Shown here piece after piece: positions 34,256-47,000 of a DNA stretch of 64,000 bases. The stretch is from positions 26,350,001 through 26,414,000 of the forward strand of contig OZ004607.1 of NCBI GenBank assembly GCA_963924565.1, given 5' to 3'. Position 1 is the stretch's first letter, and every line of letters starts with the position of its first letter. Under the pieces are notes generated by a model that saw only the letters and a list, made by a program, of their open reading frames with translations, was not told the DNA's origin and ran no database searches. Source of the DNA: Ascidiella aspersa (taxonomy: Eukaryota). A program made the position numbers and the translations under genes.

Positions 34256-37200
34256 TCACACCGCTTCCTGGTTTCGTTCACCGAGGGCACTTTTTGCTGC
34301 CTGTGCCAAGGCAGCAACTGATAGGTGCTGGTTGTCTTCTGCTGAACAAACCTTCGACCCTTTGTTGCGATTTTCGCGGGCCTGGGACCGTCGCCATTTA
34401 GCCCTGCGGTTGGAAAACCAAACCTGAATAGTCAAAACAATAACACCAATCAATTCGCGCAAGTTAAATTAATACACAGCGCTGTTTTGAAAAAGTAACA
34501 TGAAGAAATGCCGATTACACAGAACAGTCCGAGTTTAACTTCCCAAAAAATAATTTGCTTTTGAGAAGATTACTGCCGTTAGTTTGTACCGCACCGCATT
34601 GACCTCCCAGAGAAGTTTGGTATTCAAATAAGACGTATATAATGAACCCAAAGGCTTCGCCAGCAAACGCAACCCAGCCAACCCACACATCTAAAAACAG
34701 CCTGATTGTTCAACGTTTCCGGTAATTCTATTTGGTTGAACCTAGTGCCTCCAAGACAGTTATGGAAGATATAATAATAATTTTTTGCAGCGTGAAGAAT
34801 TGCAAAGCTAGCCGTTTAAATAACAATTAGAGTGTCATTTATTTAAGCTTTCTGAAGCTGTTTAAAAATGAAGCAGATAAAATATTAGAATAAAATTTAA
34901 AACGTTTGATTTTTTCAAGTTTACATTGTTCATATAAAAGTAATTCGTTATTACATGTTTAATTGGATATGGTTTATTGGTGATTCTTTGTTCATATTGG
35001 TGGTGACAAGATCCTTTCATAAATCTATAAATAATTATAATTTATAGGTGTTTTCTATAAATACGTTTCCCTGTAACACGTTAGGCCTACCATACTTTGA
35101 AAATGTTGCCAGAAAGTAAAATGCAAACGTGTTACGTTTAAACAAACACACTGTTACGTTTAAAAAAATAGAGCATAACGTATATCCGCAAACATAACAG
35201 CAAACAAATGCAACTGTTTTGCGAGACCATAAAAATATCGTCATTCCCTTAATTTTGCATCAAGAAGAAATGATCAAAAATTTATCTACCTTATGCTGTC
35301 GCCAACAGCATTTGTCTTGACTTAGGCGTTGCTGAAATGGCGCATGGAGATAGAATTCATTTAAAAAATGAAGAAATCACATAATGTAAAAATGGGGCAT
35401 TTGGGCAATTTATGGGCCCTCAAAAATGTTCATTGCTTGCTACAGATTACAAACCCTTCTTAAAGATGACAAATGGTAGCATTGGAATACTGACTTGTAC
35501 TCTGGCTTCTGTGAGCCCTGTTCGATTAGCCAATTTCTCTCTAACCCCCACTGGCGGATAATGACCAAGGCTGAATGCTGCTTCCAAAACCGTTAGTTGA
35601 TCTAAGAAAAAACAAATGGTTAAACCTCCACTGGACATCCTGATAAAAAACTTGATGTTACAATAGTTCATTTTACAAATCTTCTTATGTTTTAGAGTAG
35701 TGCACAATAATTTTTTATAACTATTTAAATAAAATGTCCAAAAACAACCCATTAGTGATATTTAGCCTGTTCTATCTTCTCAATTTTCGAAATGGATTTG
35801 TTTTTAACCGTTAATGAAGCAAGAAAATCGTTATCTATAGTCTCATTCGATAGATACTCACCTGGCGAAAATCGAGTTCGACTCCTGCGTTGTTGATGAC
35901 AAGCGATAGAATCGCATGGTTTTAGGTTGTATCCCGCGGGATCGTACCCGAATGATATGACGTGCGAAAGATTTTCTTGCGTCCGAAACGCAGTGTTTGA
36001 GTTGGCTGCGTTGAAAGGATCATGTTTCGACGCAGCTTTAACTGTTAGAAAGCATATAAAAGGTGTTTTCAAAAGCTGGAATAATAATTAATTAATCGGA
36101 CAAACATAGATACTAAGAGCAAAAAATGTTGAAAGTTGTCTTTAGTAGAGAAAATAAGCCAACAAAGAGTCAAGAAGTTTAAACTAGTTTACCTTTATTT
36201 TAACAAATAACTTACAAGCTGTTTTTACAAACTAATGGTACGCTGCGTTGCTGTGCCGCCTCCTTATTTACTACTTGATAAATATTTTGTAATTAACCTA
36301 ATGGATTTTGTAATAATAATTATACATACAATGTTTTGTTGAAAGATGTCACATACTTAGTATTAAGCTTATTTATGCCCCAAAATACAACCAAATGTAG
36401 GATTTTTTAACAGCAGAGATTTATCGAGTGAGCCCGATCGACCTAAATTGGTAAACGATACGATGTATAAATATGACCTACGCTGTTTCCGTTCATCTCG
36501 TTTGGATTTCTCGCTGACATTTATCTGATTCGCATGCATCGAACTCGAACATGCAGGCGACTGAACGAAGTCAAACTCATTTGTTGTTTGTGCTGTCGTT
36601 CTATTGATAACGAATGTCGGGTGGTGATTCGAGTTTCGATTAGACAGGGTTGGAACTTTATATTCATTGTTCAGATGAGACAGTGATTTTCTGGCAGTCG
36701 TACATCCGGAGACACATCCATTCTAAAGAATATGTTTTTTGTGTTTGAATTATAAAAAAATGTAGAAACAAGTTTGGCGAATTACCTTGTTTTCATCTAA
36801 CTGATCTTTTCCATCTAAACAGTTGCGTATTTTGGAATCTAAACAGAGAAATCTGGTAAATGACAGAGCAACGAACAAACAACAACTGTCATAAAACGAT
36901 GTAACGTATAGTGTAATCAGAGAAAAATAATACGTCACAATGTCTGAAAGTTGTTAAGCAATCTTTGCTCACTATAAGTATAATATATCCGTGAAAATGT
37001 CAATACTGTCAGATCTCTCGTACTTGATTATATGAGTAGGGCCTATGTACAAACTTGTATCCTCAATGTGAATAGAACATCCTACAATGAAGCGATATTT
37101 ATTTATATTTGGTTTGCTGAGTATGGGAATTTTAAAACGTAATTCTATAATTTTAATGCAAAAATGCTACTTGCCTCTTATATTTGCGTACATTATTCTT

Positions 37201-38314
37201 TCTTGTAGTGTCAATTGATTTTGTACACATGCTGCAGCCTGTTGAAATATATGGGGCAAAAAGGAAATCGGAAGTGTTGAAAGCCAATCTAGGCTTACTG
37301 GAACAACTCTGTTAAAACACAACTTTATTAGAAAAAGAGTGGCCCAAATAAATGATAAAAGATTCATTCTTTTATTTGCATACGTTTCGGCAGTGTGCTT
37401 ATTCCATATGCAAATAAAAGAATAAGTGTTTTATCATTTATTTAAGCCACTCTTTTTCTACTGAAGATGATGAACAGATCCGTGTTTAGTGTTCACAGCT
37501 TTATTACTTCACAAAAAACACGTTATAAAATATCTATAATCCTTCTACGACATTTACAAATTACGCAAAATGTATCATTGTTCTATCAAAAATTTTCGCA
37601 TATTTGTCAGGGTGTTATGATTATAATTTACCAACAGGTATACACAAAACACTCAACAAAGATAAATATTATTTTTTTTCTCTTATCGGAAGCAAAACAT
37701 TTTCTCTGCTTGATAACAGAGGTTGGCTCTGTTTAGAGATCGAGACCGTTTCGGTCAGTTAAAGTTTAACTGTTGAACAATATTTAAAAAAATGTAAGTT
37801 TCTAATAGTTAGCAAAACAAAATTAATACACAAATACGTTTAAGCGAGCAAAAATATTTGCCTTTTTAGTTCGGACGATCCTAGGATAAAACAACTATAG
37901 CATAAAAATAAACCGAACTGGAACCTAAAAAGTTATCCATTCGGCTGTAAGCTTCGTTTGCCTTTGACCAGCAACCAAATTGGACTGTCATTTGCTTTAG
38001 GGCTCATGGTTGCTACTTTACCAGACATACGTGTACGTCGCGTTTATATTTAAAAAGAATAAAACAAATAATCTTTATTTACACTATTTAAAATAGTGAA
38101 ATACTATTTTAATAATTTTTCAAACGATAAGGTTATCGTATTTTATACGGATATACCTGCTGGACAATGTGTTTTCGGGAGAAACTGTACTGCTATTGAT
38201 CGAATTTAGACTTTCCTGCCATGAAGACATATCGATATGCTGGAAGTTTAGCGCATCCACATCAACAGTTGACATTAAACCTTTTCCGAAAGTGGCTTTT
38301 CCCAAATAATTCAT
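34256..38314 (-). CDS. PRD-class homeobox gene, Ser50 (Pax3/7- and Pax6-like homeodomain), no paired domain; about 346 aa, 7 exons
   Basis: Exons 38314-38157, 37308-37175, 36838-36786, 36722-36482, 36041-35862, 35601-35495, 34423-34256 join in phase (1041 nt). Homeodomain [58 protein letters not shown] has the PRD-class intron between codons 46 and 47. Homeodomain exons are secure; the four 5' exons rest on phase logic only, and a gtgagt overlapping the stop may allow one more 3' exon. Confidence 0.8.
37329..37460. repeat. Inverted repeat (about 54-bp arms, 24-nt loop, TA at both ends) in homeobox intron 1
   Basis: tagaaaaagagtggc...tttatttgcata versus tatgcaaataaaag...gccactctttttcta. Confidence 0.85.
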
Positions 38315-38769
38315 GTCTGCTGCATCTAGTGTTTTTATCAAAATGAACTAATTTAGTCAAAATCTGCCTTTTAAATCAAACGCATAAAAATGTAGGCTAT
38401 TGGCTGGCAATTGTTATCGATTTAAGCCAAAGCGCAAGGTTTGGTCTTTAATTAGATTTATGCAAGGTGACGAGCGAGGAAACAAGCTTTAGAGATAGTT
38501 TGTGTAAACGTAAATTAATAAACACTCGAAATCAATAGCGCTGTAATAAAATCATGTGTAACAATTAAATTATACTTTCTCCTAAGTGTTTCTTTTACCT
38601 AGGAACATCAATATTTGTCTCAAACGTACTTATTAATCATACTCAATTCTCAGTCGGTTAGATCATATATGGATTTGATTTAATAGACCGTCACAAGAAG
38701 ATGTTTAAAATCTTTATGTAAAATTTGACAGCATTACTATAAATCTAAAAAAGCGTCCATTGACTTGAG

Positions 38770-38777
38770 TGACGTGG
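38770..38777 (+). promoter_or_regulatory. Candidate UPRE / XBP1-CREB3-type site in the divergent promoter
   Basis: TGACGTGG, 470 nt upstream of the TMED7 ATG; single 8-mer match only. Confidence 0.3.
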
Positions 38778-39239
38778 CCCCTAAACACGGAAACTTCTAT
38801 GTGTTAAAGTGCTTTTTATGCAACAAATACGCTGAGCGCCAGAAAAGTTTGCGTAATCATTCGTACATGACCGATGCTAGATTGCATACCAAAACTTTTC
38901 GCCACGTTATACCTTCGAATTTACACAAATTCATTAAAAGTTATTCTTTACAATATAACTTTGATTGTATGATTAGAAGAGTAAATTAGTGTAAGTTTTA
39001 AACTTGCGATAGTATGCCTAAATATTTTAAGAAAACAATAATAGGCTCCAGTTTCCTCGGTTCAAAAATGTTTGATTTTTTATACACATGCATTTTTCAG
39101 CCCTAATTTTTTTTGTGCTATTTGAAGTTTCCAAATAATCAGATACATAGCTAAATCTTGTTTTTTTGTGATAAAAGTGTTATACTGGTAACTTTCTTAC
39201 ATTTGCAGCTATACAACTGTTATAAACATCTTTTAAACA

Positions 39240-41131
39240 ATGAGTGTGTTTAATGTGTTGCCTGTATACCTCCTTTTTGCCGCACTCCTATCATGGCTGG
39301 GTAAAATAGAATGTGTTGAACTTACTTTCGAACTAGAAGATAACTCAAGGCAGTGTTTTTATGAAGACATCAAACAGGGAACGAAGGCAACTTTGGAGTA
39401 CCAGGTATGAAGGAGTCATTTTTGCGTTATTTAGGTCACTACTGGGCCACTACATTATGCATTTTGTTATATTATGCATTTTGATATAGAAGGCACTTGG
39501 ATATAGTGTGATGCATTTGACTCTTTAAATTGACAATAATGATCTATTTGGCAAATATGGTACTTTACCTAAACATTTGCAATTTCATTTTCTGCAAAGG
39601 AAAAGGATCAATATAATATTATGAATAATTTGAGAAATTTAATAGCATATATCTATGATTGATGATCTATTATCTCCCCTATTTTTTTTTAATTAGGCGT
39701 TTATTTGATCATTATATTACACTGTAATTTTTTTGGAAATTAAGTTTGTAAAAATAACAACCATTGTAAAATTGATTTAGGTAATTAGTGGCGGAAAATA
39801 TGACATTGATTGTACGGTTGAAGATGCTGATGGCCTTAAGCTTTATGGAGAAAAGCGCAAGCAGTACGATGCTTATGAATGGGATGCCCAAAAAGACAGT
39901 ACATACCAGGTTGGTTTTCTTAATTAATGGACTATGTATTTTTTCCACTAAAAATACATTAATGTTTATATATTTTATTTTGTTGACTAGTTATTTTTAA
40001 ACGTTATATCCACCATTCCTTCAAGAGTTTTGTTTAGGTATGTTTCAGCAATGAGTTTTCAACCATTACCCACAAGGTTGTTTACTTTGATCTAACTGTT
40101 GGTGGCGAAAAGCCTCTGCTGGACAACATGGACCGATCAACTGCTCTAACACAAGTAAGTAAAACTAAAAACATTAGCGTACTTTGAGATTTTAGCGTTT
40201 CTAAAAGGTTTATTTTAACGATAGTCAACAGAATATGTTTGTAGCACAACTGAAATGAAATAATTATATGTTGTTGAACTCTTTAGATGGAGAGTGCATG
40301 TGTGACCATTCATGAAAGTCTTAAGCGTATCATTTCTTTGCAAACACACTTCAAACTTAGAGAATCATTGGGAAGAACATTTGCTGAGCATCTTGGAAGT
40401 CGTGTTCAGGTATAGATGTTACCAGTTTTTTGTAAGGCATCAGATGTAAAATCAAATATGTTTAATTTATTTATTGTGATCAGTCTTTAATGTTGTTCAG
40501 ATATACAACTAACTTTTAGGCTATAGATTTGCAAGAAAACATGCAAATTTAAATAAAGTCTTAAATTTTAAATCCAGTTTTAACTATTTACAAGACCTGT
40601 GTGCTGCAACCCTATTGTAACTCTTGCTGCAGTTTTGACTTTTATGTTATGTCAATTAACATTATAAAGTCACTTGCTCCTTAATATTCATGCCATTTCA
40701 ATAGCCAAAACCAAAAAGTTTAGGAAACAAACAAATCCCTGTTTAAAAACTATGTTTAAACTTGTGTTTTGACTTACGACATTTTAACTTTTAACCACTG
40801 GCATTTTGATTACATTCTGAGTATTGTATGTTTATTCAAAACTGTCTGTAGTAACACCCTTCTGGGTTATATTTTGTATTAACCGCATTCAAAGTGTTGT
40901 TTAGAACTAAAAAGTGAAAAACATTAGGGTTTTATTTACCTTATACTAGTATAATATTCCCTTGTTTCCATTAAACAATCAATATTCTAACAGTTCACAT
41001 ATTTAACTCGTTTTTAGCTTTGGTCTATAATTCAACTAATCATTATGACGTTTGTGATAATTGGACAAGTTTATGTGCTACGAAGTTTCTTTGCAAACAA
41101 GCACGGAGTTCCACGAAGGACAACCACATAA
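39240..41131 (+). CDS. TMED7: p24-gamma cargo receptor (TMED7/TMED3 family), 215 aa, 5 exons
   Basis: Exons 39240-39404, 39781-39909, 40038-40154, 40287-40409, 41018-41131, all phase 0. [81 protein letters not shown] match TMED7. Missed by the ORF track. Confidence 0.95.
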
Positions 41132-44024
41132 CTGAGTACCTAAGTTAAAGCTGTAAAGTTCTTCTTTACAGAGTGTTATGTTTCTAAATGCGATTCATGT
41201 CCTAACATTTTTACTTGAAGCATGTGGGCTGTGGGGGTAATAGAGGCTAAAATCTTGATTTGTCTAGGCAATGTTTTCACCAGTTTAATGTATTATCGTT
41301 GTAATAGTGGTGTTTTTGAAAATCATAATTAGAAAAGCGCCCTGGCTAAGTAGTAACATCGTAGTTGGCTAAGCTTACACACTTAATAATTGTATTAGTA
41401 AAGATTTTGAAAAAGAGTATATTGCATCTATATTTTATTAACAAAAGTTCAAATATATATATATGGTTTGAATCGTGTGTCAGCAAGCTTTAGCATTGAA
41501 TTGCCTGGTTTTAATCTGGTTTAACTGTAGTCTTCATATTAAAACAAAGTCTACTTAACAAAATGTATTAAAGCAAAACGTAATGTTGTGTTGGTTTATT
41601 GAACGTCTAGAATGCAATACTAATCTTTAAATTATCCCATATAAGCACTTTATTTCACAGATATAAAAGAGCTGCACACAGCTCCAGAGCCACAATTTGT
41701 CGATTTATCTTTTAAATTGAACCTTTTTGTTGTTGTTATATATAACGTACTTGCATTTACCCTTATTCTACATTAAGACAGTTTAAAGTCTATCTATAAA
41801 ACGTATATGAATAACTAATTAAATGATTTCTTAGATTTTATTTTTAGTGACAAACATAAACATGTTACTAGATTTTCAACAACAAAATATATGTTTGTAG
41901 CTATTTATTTAGTTTTTTTTATTATAAAAAGTCCTTAAAGTAGTTTTTTGGGATTTGATGTTTAACAGTTTTATATTGCCTTGTTGTCGCTGACCAACCA
42001 TGTATTTTACTCAAACTTATCTATAAAATATCGGAAATTGCTGCGCATTTTTCGCATTAAAATGCAATTTCGTGTATTGATTTTGCATAACTACCGACTG
42101 ATATCTGAACGTTGGGAGTGTTATTAACGCATTGGAACATTCATTAATGGCCCTTTGTTTTTTGTATGCAGAAAACCCACGTTCTTCGTTATATTTAAAA
42201 ATAAATGTTTTTCCGAGGAATTTTTACTTTAGCGTAGTTTATATACGTTGAAGCCGATATACTCGTGGAAATATATTCTACTGTTTGTCTCATCGTCGCA
42301 TTTTATTTAAGTTTAAAAATGTTATCATTATGAGTTCACTTTGAAGCCCAACACGTTTTTGCTTATTTGTTGGTGGTTTAATGTTCGCGATATTACAGTA
42401 CTGTAGTTACGTGTAGTCACAAAGCGTTGGTGGCCTGCTGTTAAAATATAAAGTCTTAGTTGTTTTGTATAAATATCTCCGATTTATTATTCTTTGCGTT
42501 TAACACTCTGCGACATACGGGATCTCTGTGATCGCCAGGGTCTCTTCGTAAGATGGGTCACGTGTGATTCTCCGAGGACGTTTGAATTCGAATGGTATCC
42601 GGTTAAATATTTTGTAGATACTCTAAAAATGAGTTTATGAATTTATTCTATTCGAATGATTTTACTAATCCCTCGCCATATACTACCGTTACTAGGATTT
42701 CGGTTTACTTTGCCTGAATTTATTAAAGGGCTTGGCATATGACTAACAGACCGTATCTCCATCCCAACGAACTGAACTTGATGATCCGAGCGTTCCCGAG
42801 TGTTTTAGATTCGCATTATTGTTGTTACTCCTCGTGCTACGTCAGTGAGTTCATTGTGTCTGAGGGTTTTACTGTGCCTCCTGCTATGTTGGGAGATCTT
42901 CGCCCTTCACCCATGAAGCGTTGTGACCGGGGAAATCTTTCCCAGGTTACGTATTTATACTAAAGTGTTTTATTGCGCTTTTCACGACTGAAGGTACGCA
43001 CACTGCCCGAATTTGAATAAACGTTCAATGTAACAAAAAGTTACTAAACAAATTACGTGTCGTACAAAGCAGATCACGGTCATGTATGGAAATGCCAGTC
43101 GTTTAAATAGAATGTCCTCTGGTTTTTAGGCTAAGATTTTATGTAATTACAGTACAACATTCTGTCCATTATTGCTAATTCCCAAAGCAAATGGTTTTAT
43201 GTCAATAGAATTAAAATTCGAAGATAGGCTTTAAACAGCCGTACTTCAATGAAATAGTTTACCACCAGTCTAAAAAGATTTATTAAAAACGTTTTAAAGT
43301 TTATAAAAAAAATTGTTTAATCCATTATTAGCTTGCACAGAACGGGTTATTGCAGCTATAGTGTTGTGAAAAGTTTTTTTCCGGTATAAGGCGATATTAA
43401 TATATGGTACATTTTTAAGAAAGCTTTTAAACGAGCTTAGCAGAATCATAAATTGTGAATGTGTCAAAGCGCAACCTCCAAAGGCAACATCGGTAATATT
43501 AGATCTGCAGCACCAATTGTAGCCTAATTTACCAACACAAAATAAAGAAACAGGATTGGAGGCCTTTGTCCGCTGAGACCACCAGTTAGAACTGCAGCTG
43601 CCCTCAGCATTCTTTAGATTTTAGAACCACTATCTCGGTATTATGACGTAACGCTAAGGATGAGATATTTTTCTTCCATACGATATGCGATGCCGCCCTG
43701 TTGTTCAAACACTAACGTGCAAATAAAGCTACCTCGTTACATGTGCTCCGTGTATACAGTACACAACGGTAAACTCAGCAAAAGGAAAGAAACGTAGGCC
43801 AGTTAATGTGTAGTCTTTCTTCGCCATAGGAGACGACGGGAAGATAACTTTTATATTGGCTGGATCATAGGAATCAAAATGGAAAAAAGCACAGACGTCT
43901 GCTTTTCTATTGTTGAAATAGGATTGTGAAAAATATAGTTTTTTTGATAAACAGTTATTTATCTTTTAAAGGCATCTTACAAACTTAGTAATACAGTTAA
44001 AGTTTAACTATCTGTCTCAGTGCA

Positions 44025-47000
44025 ATGGAATCTGGACCGAAGTATGCTATTTCCAAAGAGGGTTTACTGAAGCTAGTGGTGTTGGTGTTCGCTTGTACAG
44101 CATTTTCATTACTAGCAGCAAGCGGTGCCTACACAGGTTCCGCCGAAAAGACTTGGGCTTTCGCAGCGTTCATCATATCGTTTGCCATTTCATTTCTCTT
44201 CTATTTCTTCCACGTTATTGGTAAGTTATCGCTATTAGCCATATTACGTTTAAAAAATATACCCATCCATATTCCGTAGACCAGGGGTGGGCAAACTGCG
44301 GCTCGCCGGCATGTTTTTTGTGGTTCTTCTAGTCGAATCGTAAAATTCCAAAAAAAATTTAAAGGCTACCAAAAATACCGTTTATAAACGTTTCGTTTAT
44401 GCATGTTACTCTGTCATTACCGTTATTATTATTGTGTTAAATATTGCTGAACCGCATTATTTACCGTTTTGTATTAAAATAATTTTTGGCTCTCTGGTAG
44501 CCTACTTGTATTTCCCACAAATGGCTCTTCCATTGAATACATTTGCCCACCCCTGCCATAGACTTTCACTTTACTATGATAGGTAGCCTACTGGTAGACC
44601 CAGTGTTGTAATGAAGTCACAATTTTCAAATGGCTTGACTAGAGTCATTTTGTAAAATATCTTGAGATTAAATAAGTGTTTTTCAATAAAATTAATCTCA
44701 AGTTTTGCACCTTAAACAATTTGTTTGCTGTATATTGCGTTTGGAATATTTTTTGGTTGAATTGTTCCTTAAATCGGAGTTTACCATTTTTAATAGTTCA
44801 GCCGTTAACTTTTATGTTAATGAAAGAACTTTAAATTGAATTGCCCTCATAATACCTTGACTTTGAAAGTCGATGACAGGGACTTTACTTGTTATTTTTG
44901 CAAAAGACTTGGCTTGGTCTTTGCAAAAGACTTGGCTTCGACTCGGACTGAACTCATGTTAAACGGCTTGTTTATAATACTGGGTACAGGGACGCCGGAG
45001 CGATTGCAGGGCAAGGGGGGCGACTTTTTTGGTAAGGGCAACATAGACCGCAAGCGAGCGTAGCGAGCCGAAATATTGGGGGTGCGGGGGTATTCCCCCG
45101 GAATAATTTTTGCGGCCACGCCCTCTAGATTGGCTTAAAATGGAACCAAAATTGTTTTAACAAATGTCAAGCATGTCATTTTACGAAATTTTTTGCATTT
45201 TAAAAAAACGTGCCATGATCTGGAAACGACAAACTAAAAATAGTTAGGTCCACGAGGAAGAAGGATTTTCACACACAACTTTCTGCTCAAGGTTTGGCAG
45301 GTCGTATGAACTGCAGCGAGTCCTGCAGTTACATGGGGTTTGAGTTTCTTTGGTCTTGGATCAGCACAATACATTTTTTCGCCGCCTCAATTGCTTTGGC
45401 TATAAACATCACTTGCACAGCTGGAGAGTAAGTTGGCTAATATAAGAAGATATTTAGACAGCCTTACTGCATATCTGAATGCTATTTTGAACTGTATGTT
45501 GTTCGATTTGTGCTACATCTCAATGTATTGGTATACATTTGACTTTTAGGCTACCCAAAATCTAAGTGTAGTAGCATAAATTCTTAGCAATTCAAAGCGA
45601 ATCTTAATGGTATTGCAAACCAACAAAATATAACAACAATGAAATGTTTTATTTTACCGTTAATTGCAGAGTGATAGGTAGCCTAAAAAAAACCAAACAC
45701 TTAACATGTCAACCTTTATCTCTTACCATCATATGCTAGAAATATTATTTTTAGTTCTAACAACTTTCACTTTGTAGGCTTGTTGTATCGTTTGCGCCCA
45801 CTGTGTTTACATTGTGTATTATATGACTTATATATTATAAGGACTTAAAACCTTTTCCTTTTAAATAAAAAGGTACCGGTCTTTAACAGAATTTTTACCA
45901 TAGCCAAAATAACCCAAATCCGCCCGGCTTACCTTTAAAGTTTTTATTTTTTATTTATTTTTTTTTAGACAAACAAGTACATGTTCGATTTAATTACTAC
46001 CAATTTACTAGCCTTCGCCATTATACCGCTAAATTGGTGTCTAATTATACTGCTTTGCACTTTTACTTTTATAAGATTCCATTGTTAATTTATAAGTATT
46101 TGTACTACCTCGACCCTTTGATAAACGTAAGTAGAAGTAAACAACTTTTTTTTCAAACAATGTTAAATTTTTCAAAGGACTGTTTTAACAAAAAGTGTTC
46201 GCGACAAAAATGTCTTTTTAAAGCACTGTTGTAGGCTGCGTTTAACACGCTTGTGATACAGCTGTCAAGGTAAAACTATTTTTCTAGATTAAAAACAAAA
46301 GTTAAACATAACAAATTATTAAAACTTTGTTTACTGCAGCAAATATTGTGACCTACAAATCGCAAGTGTTTGTATTGCTTTCGCCACAGTAGTTCTTTAC
46401 GCCGTGGAGTCATACTTTTTGAGGAATTATGCACCAGCAAACGTCGGTAAGGAAATGGCCCTGTTTTTATTCAAGAAGCAAATAACTAATATTAGCCTCT
46501 TTTCTTTACTTAAACCTTTTCATTTTAAGTTACACACTCTTAATTTACCATTAGGCTGTGATTTGTACAACAACAATTTAAAAAAGTTAAAATTTTATCT
46601 CAATTGTCATTTTTTAGCGTTTCTAAAATTAGAAACATAAAACGCCTCGCTTTTTCACGATATTGTTAAAATCTTAGTACTCATAAGAAAAAAGCTGCGT
46701 TATATGTTGGCCCAAACAATAGCTTACTGTTTTGCTTATAGCAATTGTTTTTTACGAATACTGTACATCTTATTATTAAGGTTACATAGCCACACCTAGT
46801 GGATGGCTAAAAACCCTTATTCTGGTGTTTGGTGGCGCATCTTTCAGCCTGCTGGTCGATTCTGGATATTTATGGTGTATTTACAATAGCAATGGGTAAC
46901 AAATAATGACATTTACTTATGTTATAGTTTAAAGGTTCGACTAACATTTGTTTTTTTAAACAAATACTTTATTTTTAAAACTTAATGCGGTTTTATATTT

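Noticed and set aside
34256-38314. Naming the homeobox gene Pax6 or Pax3/7
   Set aside because: No paired domain, and helix 1-2 residues differ from both.
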